From IMG/VR virus record IMGVR_UViG_3300027974_000008: a stretch of DNA of 37,583 nt; one strand, given 5' to 3'. The notes below the pieces were generated by a model. It worked only from the letters and a program-made list of their open reading frames with translations, did no database searches and was not told the DNA's origin. Below are positions 1 to 7,012 of the stretch, one piece after another (the first letter of the stretch is position 1; every line of letters begins with the position of its first letter). The translations under genes and the position numbers were made by a program. Source of the DNA: a virus.

Positions 1-127
1 CCGATTTGTCGAAAAAGGTTGCAGAGTATGAGAAAGAACTTTCTCAACTCAGAAAAGCGACTACTCCAGCGTCTGGACAACCCAAAGGTCCTGCCAAGAC
101 TAAAGCTTTTCACGAACTAACGCTCGA
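1..127. repeat. Terminal direct repeat, left copy (127 bp, exact copy of 37457-37583)
   Basis: Direct comparison: ccgatttgtcgaaaaaggttgcag...cacgaactaacgctcga is identical at both window ends. 127 nt is a common maximum assembler k-mer. Confidence 0.97.
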
Positions 128-179
128 TGAGCAAGAACGTGAATTGATGAAAATGGCAAGCGAAGTTGACAGAGGTTGA
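3..179 (+). CDS. Scaffolding protein, C-terminal end (continues 36664-37583 across the junction)
   Basis: The frame of the 36664 ORF continues through the repeat to TGA at 177-179 (...LTLDEQERELMKMASEVDRG*). The joined ORF is 972 nt, 323 aa. Confidence 0.7.
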   Translation, partial: DLSKKVAEYEKELSQLRKATTPASGQPKGPAKTKAFHELTLDEQERELMKMASEVDRG

Positions 180-210
180 GTAGTCATAACAAACAAGGAT
201 ACTTAATTAT

Positions 211-1239
211 ATGGTAACTACAGGCTCAGTCAGCGCGCAGTTCCAGGCATACTTCTCGAAAGCATTGCTCGAACGCGCAATCCCATTGCTCCAGATGGAG
301 CAATTCGCAATGAAAACCCCCTACCCGACCAAAACTGGCGGGAATAAAACCATAAGGTTTTTTAGATTTGGGGACCCAAGCATCACTGCGATTTCCGCCC
401 TGTCGGAAGGAACAACCCCATCCTCTGGTGACGAGCGTGATCTCACGTTGTCCTCAGTGGAAGCCACGCTTGTACAGTACGGAAGCAAGATCATCCTAAC
501 GGATGTTGTTCTTGCAACCGAATTGTTCTCGCACTTGGCGCAGGCCACCAAACAACTCGGCGAAGATGCCGCCCTCCACGCTGACACTCTCTGTCACCGT
601 GCGTTGGTGCAGGATTCCTCGACCAGCACTGGTACTGGTGTAGCCACCAAATCGTATGCCCGTTATGCTCAGAACACGACTAACGGCACGACTTGGGCTA
701 CCTCGTCCGTTGCTAACAGCGCAATTACTGCCACCGACTTGCTCGATGGTGCTACTTCGTTGTTCATCGCTCGCGCTCCCAAGATCAAGGACGGCTACGC
801 GCTTGTTGCGCATCCTGCCGTTATCCGTGACTTGCAGCAGGACGATGATTGGTTGAAGGTTTCGAGCTACTCGAATCCCGAAGCCATCTTCAAAGGTGAG
901 ATCGGTAAATTGTTTGGCGTGTCGGTCATTTCTTCGACCAACGTACAGACCTTCAATACCTCCGCTTCTGGCATCGCAGAGAACAGCGTAGGAACAACTG
1001 GTGTTAACACTGGTTACGCCAACGTCCTCCTCGGTGGTGGCGCGTTTGGTGTTCCTAGCTTGTCCTCATTGGCCGCCTCTGGCTCGCCCTTCGCTCCGAA
1101 GGTAACGATCCTTGATGCTGCTGATAAGAGCGATCCTTATGGACAGCGCGTTGTTGCGTCCTTCAAGACGTTCTACGCGGCCAAGCAACTCGATCCTCGG
1201 TTCTTCCGAGTCATCGTTGCGAAGTCCAACTATAGCTAA
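211..1239 (+). CDS. Major capsid protein (HK97-fold type)
   Basis: 342 aa, directly after the scaffold gene. The N-terminal FSKALLERAIPLLQMEQFAMKTPYPTKTGGNKTIRFFRF resembles the N-terminal signature of N4-gp56-type HK97-fold capsid proteins as I recall it. A strong hairpin follows. Confidence 0.8.
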   Translation: MVTTGSVSAQFQAYFSKALLERAIPLLQMEQFAMKTPYPTKTGGNKTIRFFRFGDPSITAISALSEGTTPSSGDERDLTLSSVEATLVQYGSKIILTDVVLATELFSHLAQATKQLGEDAALHADTLCHRALVQDSSTSTGTGVATKSYARYAQNTTNGTTWATSSVANSAITATDLLDGATSLFIARAPKIKDGYALVAHPAVIRDLQQDDDWLKVSSYSNPEAIFKGEIGKLFGVSVISSTNVQTFNTSASGIAENSVGTTGVNTGYANVLLGGGAFGVPSLSSLAASGSPFAPKVTILDAADKSDPYGQRVVASFKTFYAAKQLDPRFFRVIVAKSNYS

Positions 1240-1282
1240 TAATTAAATGGGAACTCTAGTAATCGCTATGAGTCCTCGGAAA

Positions 1283-1308
1283 GCTGGGGAGGGTCAAACC
1301 TCCCCAGC
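1283..1308 (+). terminator. GC-rich hairpin after the capsid gene (10-bp perfect stem, 6-nt loop)
   Basis: GCTGGGGAGG-gtcaaa-CCTCCCCAGC read directly. There is no clean T-run after it, so it may be an attenuator or RNA-stability element rather than a full terminator. Confidence 0.55.
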
Positions 1309-1330
1309 CTATTCCTCATCTGAAAAACCT

Positions 1331-1615
1331 ATGAACAAAATGATGAAGTCTGGAATGGTGATGCTTCCCGTTTCCAAGTTCGAAATGAACGATGGTAGCG
1401 AGAATGTTTCGCCAGAAGTAGGTGATTCTGTAGAACTCTCTGGAACAATTGACATGATCGAGAATGGCGTTGCCCACGTTAATGTGGAACACGCTATGAG
1501 CGAGAGTGAGTCCAAGGACAAGTCGGAAGACATGGCCGAAGGCGAAAACTCAATGTCCGAAGAGGAAAAGATGATGAAGATGGCCGAGGAGTCGGATAAG
1601 AATAACTATAGCTAA
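1331..1615 (+). CDS. Highly acidic, Met-rich small protein (94 aa), function unknown
   Basis: Track ORF 1247-1615. The upstream part overlaps the hairpin, so ATG at 1331 (MNKMMKSG...) is more likely. The C-terminal half is ESESKDKSEDMAEGENSMSEEEKMMKMAEESD. Confidence 0.55.
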   Translation: MNKMMKSGMVMLPVSKFEMNDGSENVSPEVGDSVELSGTIDMIENGVAHVNVEHAMSESESKDKSEDMAEGENSMSEEEKMMKMAEESDKNNYS

Positions 1616-1616
1616 T

Positions 1617-1895
1617 ATGCCAATTTACCAGTACGAAGACTCCAGAAATGGGAAAGTTGTCGAACTGGAAAAGGCTGTGGCCGAAAGGGATTCTGTACCT
1701 CGTTACCTTAAACGATTCACCGTCCCGCAAAGATTGAGCCTAGTGGGGGTTGGCGAACCCCTCGACAACCCGCTGGGAGTCAATCAAACAAACTTAATGA
1801 AGGGGTACTACCGCCAAGAACAAAAGCTTGGCAGTAGGTTTAGAAGCCAGTACACGCCAGATAGTATCAAACGTGCGGCTATAAGGAGAAAATAA
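1617..1895 (+). CDS. Hypothetical protein in the structural module
   Basis: 92-aa ORF starting one base after the previous stop. The N-terminus MPIYQYE resembles the start of FmdB-type zinc-ribbon proteins but lacks the cysteines. Confidence 0.55.
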   Translation: MPIYQYEDSRNGKVVELEKAVAERDSVPRYLKRFTVPQRLSLVGVGEPLDNPLGVNQTNLMKGYYRQEQKLGSRFRSQYTPDSIKRAAIRRK

Positions 1896-1896
1896 T

Positions 1897-2091
1897 ATGG
1901 CAAATGAATTTGTACGAAGCCAACGCAAGGCCAAGGGAAAAGCTATCCGATTTGATACCCAAAGCCAAACAAATGTGTTTGAAATTACGGCAGCTTCGAG
2001 TGGTGGCACAGTTAATACTGTTGCAACTTCTCCTGCTTCCTTAAACGTGACTCTTAACGGCACGTCTTACAGAATCGCATTACACAGCTAA
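1897..2091 (+). CDS. Small Ser/Thr/Ala-rich protein (putative virion or decoration protein)
   Basis: 64 aa, AAGGAG-type RBS (ataaggagaaaataatATG), tightly packed in the structural operon. Confidence 0.55.
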   Translation: MANEFVRSQRKAKGKAIRFDTQSQTNVFEITAASSGGTVNTVATSPASLNVTLNGTSYRIALHS

Positions 2092-2095
2092 TTGT

Positions 2096-2332
2096 ATGCG
2101 ACTCTTATCCCGCCTTACGCTTGGTAATGCTGGGACAATTATTGCATCGTCAGCTTCCACTAATACTGGAAGCTACGATGCGGTAACTGCTCTCACTCAA
2201 TCCACAGCTACTCTTATTATTAGTGGTGCTACAACCGCCGCAACCTATGCTGCTGGTGTTACCGTTTACGGTGACATCGACCAAGTTGCTTTAACTGGCG
2301 GCGCGATGGCAATCTACAACCGCAAGGATTAA
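2096..2332 (+). CDS. Small Ser/Thr/Ala/Gly-rich protein (putative virion protein)
   Basis: 78 aa with low-charge beta-type composition (ASSASTNTGSYDAVTALTQSTATLIISGATTAATYAAG). Confidence 0.55.
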   Translation: MRLLSRLTLGNAGTIIASSASTNTGSYDAVTALTQSTATLIISGATTAATYAAGVTVYGDIDQVALTGGAMAIYNRKD

Positions 2333-2338
2333 GCCTCT

Positions 2339-2752
2339 ATGGGCAGGCAATTAAATCAGATCCTTTCTGATCTGAGTACCATCACAAGTGGTACTTCGGT
2401 CATCAATGTTAATTTAACCGACATTGAGGCGTTGGTTACAACGCTACAAGCGGACGTTGCCGATGGCATTCGATTGCCAAACGCCACAACTGGCGGAACT
2501 GGCTCTACTGACTTCACCTCCACCAGTTACGGCACGATTGCAACGGCAAGCACTGGCAGGCTGGGATGCACGATCTTCAATTCTGGCCCAGGCAACCTCC
2601 ACGTTCTATTAGGCACAGGAACAGCAAGTACGTCCAATTTCACAGCCAGACTAAGTGCTGGAGACTACTACGAAGTCCCATTCAACTACACTGGCTTGAT
2701 TGGCGGTATCTTTGCTACCGCTGGAACGGCTGAAGTTACGCAGTTGAGCTAG
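2339..2752 (+). CDS. Thr/Gly/Ser-rich putative virion protein
   Basis: 137-aa ORF in the same operon with the same compositional class. Confidence 0.6.
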   Translation: MGRQLNQILSDLSTITSGTSVINVNLTDIEALVTTLQADVADGIRLPNATTGGTGSTDFTSTSYGTIATASTGRLGCTIFNSGPGNLHVLLGTGTASTSNFTARLSAGDYYEVPFNYTGLIGGIFATAGTAEVTQLS

Positions 2753-2761
2753 GAGTAGGCG

Positions 2762-3244
2762 ATGGCTCTTTTCCGTTCTACTCCGCAAATCTTCACGCTT
2801 TACGACACGACACTTACTCAAGCCGTTTCAACGACCCTTGTTTCTTCTGCCACGCAAATCACGCTTCCAGCTGGAACTTATCAATATGAAGGATGGGTTT
2901 ATGGAAGTACGGCATCAGTAACTTCTGGAATTTCAATGCAACTATCATCCCTAACTGGTTCTGGTTGCTTTTCCAATAAAACAAATCGAGGAACAGATAC
3001 ATTTACGTTAAACATAGATCAAGGATCAACTCGAAGGGCTGATTCAAACGCAAATCTGCTTGTAGCAATGAATATGGATGGTGGCATAGGAGGGAAGGCA
3101 GCTCAAGCATGGCAAAATGGAACTCTTATTATTACTTCATCTCAAACATTTGGATTTCAAATTTCTCAAAGAACCACAACGGACGCAAGCAACCCAGCAA
3201 TTATGTCTACTGGATGCTATTTGAAGTTCACTAAAATAGCCTAA
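2762..3244 (+). CDS. Ser/Thr-rich putative virion protein
   Basis: 160-aa ORF with RBS ctaggagtaggcgATG. Confidence 0.6.
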   Translation: MALFRSTPQIFTLYDTTLTQAVSTTLVSSATQITLPAGTYQYEGWVYGSTASVTSGISMQLSSLTGSGCFSNKTNRGTDTFTLNIDQGSTRRADSNANLLVAMNMDGGIGGKAAQAWQNGTLIITSSQTFGFQISQRTTTDASNPAIMSTGCYLKFTKIA

Positions 3245-3378
3245 TGCCCCTCCTCCTCCTCACCCTATTGCTCTGCTCCTGCTCGCCTAAGAAGACGGAT
3301 AACACAGGGCTACCCCGCTACTCGGACATGGGTGCTGCGTCCGATGCTGGAGCAGTAAGTTCTGGTAATGTCAAATGA
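3244..3378 (+). CDS. Possible small lipoprotein (44 aa)
   Basis: Not in the track (under 60 aa). It has a TAATG overlap with the upstream stop and an ATGA overlap with the downstream start. MPLLLLTLLLCSCSPKK... has a lipobox-like L-C-S-C. The n-region has no basic residue, which weakens the call. Confidence 0.3.
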   Translation: MPLLLLTLLLCSCSPKKTDNTGLPRYSDMGAASDAGAVSSGNVK

Positions 3379-3653
3379 AGCTCATCGCCATGTGGCTGAC
3401 CAATTTGAGTTTGCGTTTCTTAATGACGGGGCAGGAATACGCCTGTTTCAAGGAGGCGTTAAAGTTTGCCGTGGAGAACAACAACATGGTCAAGGAGACG
3501 AAGTACATTGGCAAGGTAAAGCATCTCCTCTCTGTCAACAGAAGCATCAAGCGGATAGTCGAGGAAGGCCGAGATCGGGAAGAGGTGACGGATGCAGTTG
3601 TCCATCTTGCGGTTGCACTCAGATATTTGGAGGGTAGGGGTCGTGAGTCTTGA
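3375..3653 (+). CDS. Hypothetical protein (92 aa)
   Basis: ATGA-coupled start. Its helical-looking sequence is preferred over the overlapping 3368-3637 frame. Confidence 0.5.
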   Translation: MKLIAMWLTNLSLRFLMTGQEYACFKEALKFAVENNNMVKETKYIGKVKHLLSVNRSIKRIVEEGRDREEVTDAVVHLAVALRYLEGRGRES

Positions 3654-3891
3654 TGAAGTTTCGGATCTTAGGGATAGGGTTGCCAACGTATCGGAGCGTT
3701 TGGTCCGTATGGAAGAACGTCAGATGACTCTTTACTCTATGATCGAAAGGTCACTTGCTTTCCACGGGGATGTTGCTAATAGGTTAGGTGCGCTGGAAAC
3801 CTTAAAGACGAAGGTTCTGGCTGTAGCTGGGCTAATAGGGCTTGCTTGCTCAATGGCCTGGGATGTGCTAAAAAACCGACTTTCTAACTAG
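3643..3891 (+). CDS. Coiled-coil protein with a C-terminal transmembrane anchor (82 aa)
   Basis: Track ORF 3592-3891. GTG at 3643 sits 8 nt after GGAGGG. The sequence ...RLVRMEERQMTLYSMIERSL...KVLAVAGLIGLACSMAWDVL has a hydrophobic C-terminal segment. Confidence 0.5.
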   Translation: MSLDEVSDLRDRVANVSERLVRMEERQMTLYSMIERSLAFHGDVANRLGALETLKTKVLAVAGLIGLACSMAWDVLKNRLSN

Positions 3892-3899
3892 GAGACTAA

Positions 3900-4862
3900 A
3901 TGCCCACACTTGGAACACAGAACATTTCGACCAGCTATCGACAGCTACTAAAGACGCTTGGAACTGGCGGATTACCTACGGCTGGTGGAATTGATGTTAT
4001 TACAGATGGAATCAATACATCATCGGCTCTTTCGATTGGAATTAACGGAGTTCAAAGCACTGGAACATTCAATGTTGCAGGAGCTACAACGCTGTCTTCC
4101 AGCCTAGCTGTTACTGGCGCAGTAACATTGTCATCTAGCCTTGGCGTTACAGGAGCAGTTACATTTAGCTCAAGCATCTCTGCTACTACTGGAACGGCTA
4201 CGATTGGGACGCTTTCGGCCAGCACAGCTACAATCAGCACAGCTACAATCAGCACAGCCACAATCAGCACAGCTACAATTCCTATCCAGCTTGGCAATAT
4301 TACTTTTGGGTCAAACATAACAGCCTCAACTGGCACGGCTACGATTGGAACTCTGTCGGCAAGTACGGCCACAATTTCAACGGCTACAATTCCGCTTCAA
4401 CTTGGAAATATCACTTTTGGGTCAAACATTACAGCATCTACTGGAACAGCAACGATTGGCACTGAGTCGGTAAACGTATCAACGATTGCTTCTGCCACAT
4501 TTGGTACAGCTAGAATTACTGGATCTACTGGGGGATTAACTTCACTTAATACTGGTTCTACCTCATTTAGTGGCGCAACACTTCAAGACCTTGACTCAAT
4601 AACAAGTGGATCAAATATAACAACTGGAACATTTACAGTTTCTGGCGCAGCGATTGGTGATATTGTTTTTGGTGGACTTACTTCACTTAGTTCAAGTTCT
4701 GGTACTGCTGGAGTTCCCGCCGCAGGAGCAAGAATGATGAGCCAATTTAGGGTTGAAGGCGCAAATGTTGTTAGATACACAATTCTTAATACAGATACAA
4801 TTTCACATGGAACAATTCCTGCTGGTACAATTTACGCAACAGCAATAAGGGTGGCAGCTTAA
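3900..4862 (+). CDS. Tail fiber or fibril protein with internal tandem repeats
   Basis: 320 aa, extremely Ser/Thr/Gly/Ala-rich. It has tandem ITFGSNITASTGTATIGTLSASTATISTATIPxQLGN units and an N-terminus (TSYRQLLKT...DG) like podovirus fiber anchor domains. Confidence 0.7.
   Translation: MPTLGTQNISTSYRQLLKTLGTGGLPTAGGIDVITDGINTSSALSIGINGVQSTGTFNVAGATTLSSSLAVTGAVTLSSSLGVTGAVTFSSSISATTGTATIGTLSASTATISTATISTATISTATIPIQLGNITFGSNITASTGTATIGTLSASTATISTATIPLQLGNITFGSNITASTGTATIGTESVNVSTIASATFGTARITGSTGGLTSLNTGSTSFSGATLQDLDSITSGSNITTGTFTVSGAAIGDIVFGGLTSLSSSSGTAGVPAAGARMMSQFRVEGANVVRYTILNTDTISHGTIPAGTIYATAIRVAA
4188..4463 (+). repeat. Tandem coding repeat in the fiber gene (units of 141 and 111 nt plus a partial third)
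   Basis: Units begin at 4188, 4329 and 4440 (ACTGG[A/C]ACGGCTACGATTGG...). Most differences between copies are synonymous. Confidence 0.9.
4221..4280 (+). repeat. 15-nt tandem repeat, 4 copies (AGCACAGCTACAATC), encoding S-T-A-T-I
   Basis: Copies at 4221, 4236, 4251 (one T>C change) and 4266 (last base differs). Confidence 0.95.
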
Positions 4863-4863
4863 T

Positions 4864-6093
4864 ATGGCAATTAAATTCAATCGCTCGCAGACCTTTGCAA
4901 CCAATGGAACTGTTACAGCAGCCGCATTGCATAATCTTATTGATGGAACAGACATCTACCAAGCGTTAATTACGGATCAAACCGATCTTGCAGCAGTTGC
5001 AACGGATGATAAATTGTTAATTGCAGATGCAAGCTTAACGGCTGGAGATGCGCCAAGAAGCACAACCGTACAGAATTTGTTTGACGATGCGTTGACTGGC
5101 GGAACATATACGAATGCAAACATTTCTGGCATCATTACTTTTGGTACAGCAACTGGCAGTCGAACCATTAGCACCAGCGCAACAATTACCACTGGAACAA
5201 TTCCTAATCTTACCTCAAGCACAGCAAGCATTACGCTTGGAACGATACCAACGCTGACGGCTGGAACGACCACATCTACTGCCGCCAATATCACCAACGG
5301 GACAGTGCAAACGCTTACGGCAAGCACCGCAACGATTACATCTGGAACGTATAGCGGTCTTATCAATAGCTCTTCTGGTACTTATTCTGGCGCGATCAAT
5401 AGCACGCTTGGAACAATTGCAACGCTGAATAGCACAAATGCAAGCAGCACTACTGGAACAATTGGGAATTTATCTACAACGCTTGTAGGTGATTTTACAA
5501 TAAGCCAGGGGACAGGAACGCTTGGCACTACTGGCGTGACTGCTGGTACTTATGGAACAAGCACTGCAGTTCCAAGAATAGTTGTTGATTCAAAAGGCAG
5601 AATTTCTTCAGTGTCAACAGCAGCAATTTCATCTGGAAAAGTTTTGCAGGTTACAAGATCAACGACTGCATCTGTTGTTACTTGTGGAACTACAATACCA
5701 TGGGATGACACAATACCTCAAATAACAGAAGGAAATGAAGTATTGACAATAACCATTTCACCAATTTCAGCAACTTCTGTAATCTACCTAAAATTTGATG
5801 CGAGTGGAGTTGCAAGTCAAGCTGTTGGAAATTCTGGAACTGTTGCGTTTTTCAAAGACTCAACAGCAGACGCTATTTATGCTACAGCAATTCCATTCTG
5901 GACTGCATCTGCTTATGGAATTAAACTTAATGGATCTTATAGTGAATTATCATCAAGCACAACATCGAGAATATATCGAGTTAGAGTTGGATCTGATGCT
6001 GGAACAATATATGTGAATGGAAGTAATGTTGGAGCCAGAAGATATGGTGGTGTAAGCATATCTCATTTTGAGGCGTGGGAGGTTGAGCCGTGA
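4864..6093 (+). CDS. Tail fiber protein 2 (Thr/Ser/Gly-rich shaft, distinct C-terminal domain)
   Basis: 409 aa, starts 2 nt after fiber 1. The shaft is rich in TGT/TAS triplets and the C-terminal roughly 150 aa have ordinary composition. A chaperone-like gene follows. Confidence 0.7.
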   Translation: MAIKFNRSQTFATNGTVTAAALHNLIDGTDIYQALITDQTDLAAVATDDKLLIADASLTAGDAPRSTTVQNLFDDALTGGTYTNANISGIITFGTATGSRTISTSATITTGTIPNLTSSTASITLGTIPTLTAGTTTSTAANITNGTVQTLTASTATITSGTYSGLINSSSGTYSGAINSTLGTIATLNSTNASSTTGTIGNLSTTLVGDFTISQGTGTLGTTGVTAGTYGTSTAVPRIVVDSKGRISSVSTAAISSGKVLQVTRSTTASVVTCGTTIPWDDTIPQITEGNEVLTITISPISATSVIYLKFDASGVASQAVGNSGTVAFFKDSTADAIYATAIPFWTASAYGIKLNGSYSELSSSTTSRIYRVRVGSDAGTIYVNGSNVGARRYGGVSISHFEAWEVEP

Positions 6094-6296
6094 TTTTTAA
6101 TAATAATATTAGCAACGAGTTAAAGTGGGAGTCTATAAGAGGATTTAGGAATAGATTACTTTCCGAGTCTGATTGGACTCAATTGTCAGATTCTCCACTA
6201 GAAAAAATTTTATGGGCAAACTATCGAACTGAATTAAGAAATATTCCACAAAACTTTGCCACACCAGAAGACGTGATATGGCCGTCAAAGCCATAA
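6090..6296 (+). CDS. Tail fiber assembly chaperone-like protein
   Basis: 68 aa, overlapping the fiber stop. The motif RNRLLSESDWTQLSD...W..YRTELRNIPQ...WP..P matches my memory of the phage tail assembly chaperone family (Phage_tail_APC). Confidence 0.55.
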   Translation: MIFNNNISNELKWESIRGFRNRLLSESDWTQLSDSPLEKILWANYRTELRNIPQNFATPEDVIWPSKP

Positions 6297-6302
6297 TCAA
6301 TA

Positions 6303-7001
6303 ATGACACTTTCTGAAATCGCCCAATTTGCTGGCGAGAAGGTTGGCAAGACCGACTCGGACACGCTTACATTCTTGCAAAAGTCAGCAAGCTTGGCCTA
6401 CAGGCGCGTATGGGACTTTGCTCCTTGGCGTGAAACTGTAACCAACTCAACCTACTCTGTTGGTACAAATAGGCAGATTACGCTTGGAACAAATGTAGAA
6501 ACCCCTCTTTCTGTTTCCTACAACGATGCAGAGGTTGACCCGATTGACTTGGCCACAATCATAAGCCAAGACCCAGGATTGCTTGACGATACGCGTACTG
6601 GAGATCCAGACACTTACCATTTTACAGGTCGCAACAGCAGTGGCATTGCAGAACTAAATCTTTACCCAAGGCTTAAAACTGCTGGAACTACACCATTGCG
6701 CGTTGTTGAAAAACTTAAATGCCTTACTCGAACAAACATTATTGTTGATTTCCCGCCATCTCAAACCGCGCTGGATGATGAGCTTCGCTTGCCACACGTT
6801 CATCATTTGGTTTTAGCATTGACTCACGCAGACGCACTTGAGCGTGAACGGCAGTATGCAAAGGCACAATCAATTACGCAATCTGCAAATGCCGACCTTG
6901 CTTTGATGGCCAATTACGAATTGAGCCAGGTTGGAGGCGTGAAACAGATCACTCCTCAAAGTCTTGGTGAGTTAACAATAGAAGAAATGTTCTCGGCTTA
7001 A
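6303..7001 (+). CDS. Putative tail tubular protein A / adaptor (T7 gp11-like position)
   Basis: 232 aa. The assignment rests only on size and synteny with the T7 gp11-gp16 order. Confidence 0.4.
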   Translation: MTLSEIAQFAGEKVGKTDSDTLTFLQKSASLAYRRVWDFAPWRETVTNSTYSVGTNRQITLGTNVETPLSVSYNDAEVDPIDLATIISQDPGLLDDTRTGDPDTYHFTGRNSSGIAELNLYPRLKTAGTTPLRVVEKLKCLTRTNIIVDFPPSQTALDDELRLPHVHHLVLALTHADALERERQYAKAQSITQSANADLALMANYELSQVGGVKQITPQSLGELTIEEMFSA

Positions 7002-7012
7002 AAGGAGACGTT

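Noticed and set aside
1228-1241. CTATAG-containing 14-mer as a T7-type phage RNA polymerase promoter
   Set aside because: The genome encodes no single-subunit RNAP. The motif lacks the rest of a T7/T3/SP6-type promoter. Both copies coincide with the last codons of two genes, which fits a duplication scar better.
3368-3637. 89-aa ORF overlapping 3375-3653 in another frame
   Set aside because: It is a Gly/Arg/Gln/Cys-rich low-complexity translation. The 3375 frame has an ATGA coupling to the upstream ORF and a more protein-like sequence. Only one of the two can reasonably be real.
4188-4463. Fiber-gene repeats as the template/variable repeat pair of a diversity-generating retroelement
   Set aside because: No reverse transcriptase or accessory gene exists anywhere in the genome. 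The repeats are adjacent tandem units inside one ORF. The differences between copies are mostly synonymous and not restricted to adenines.
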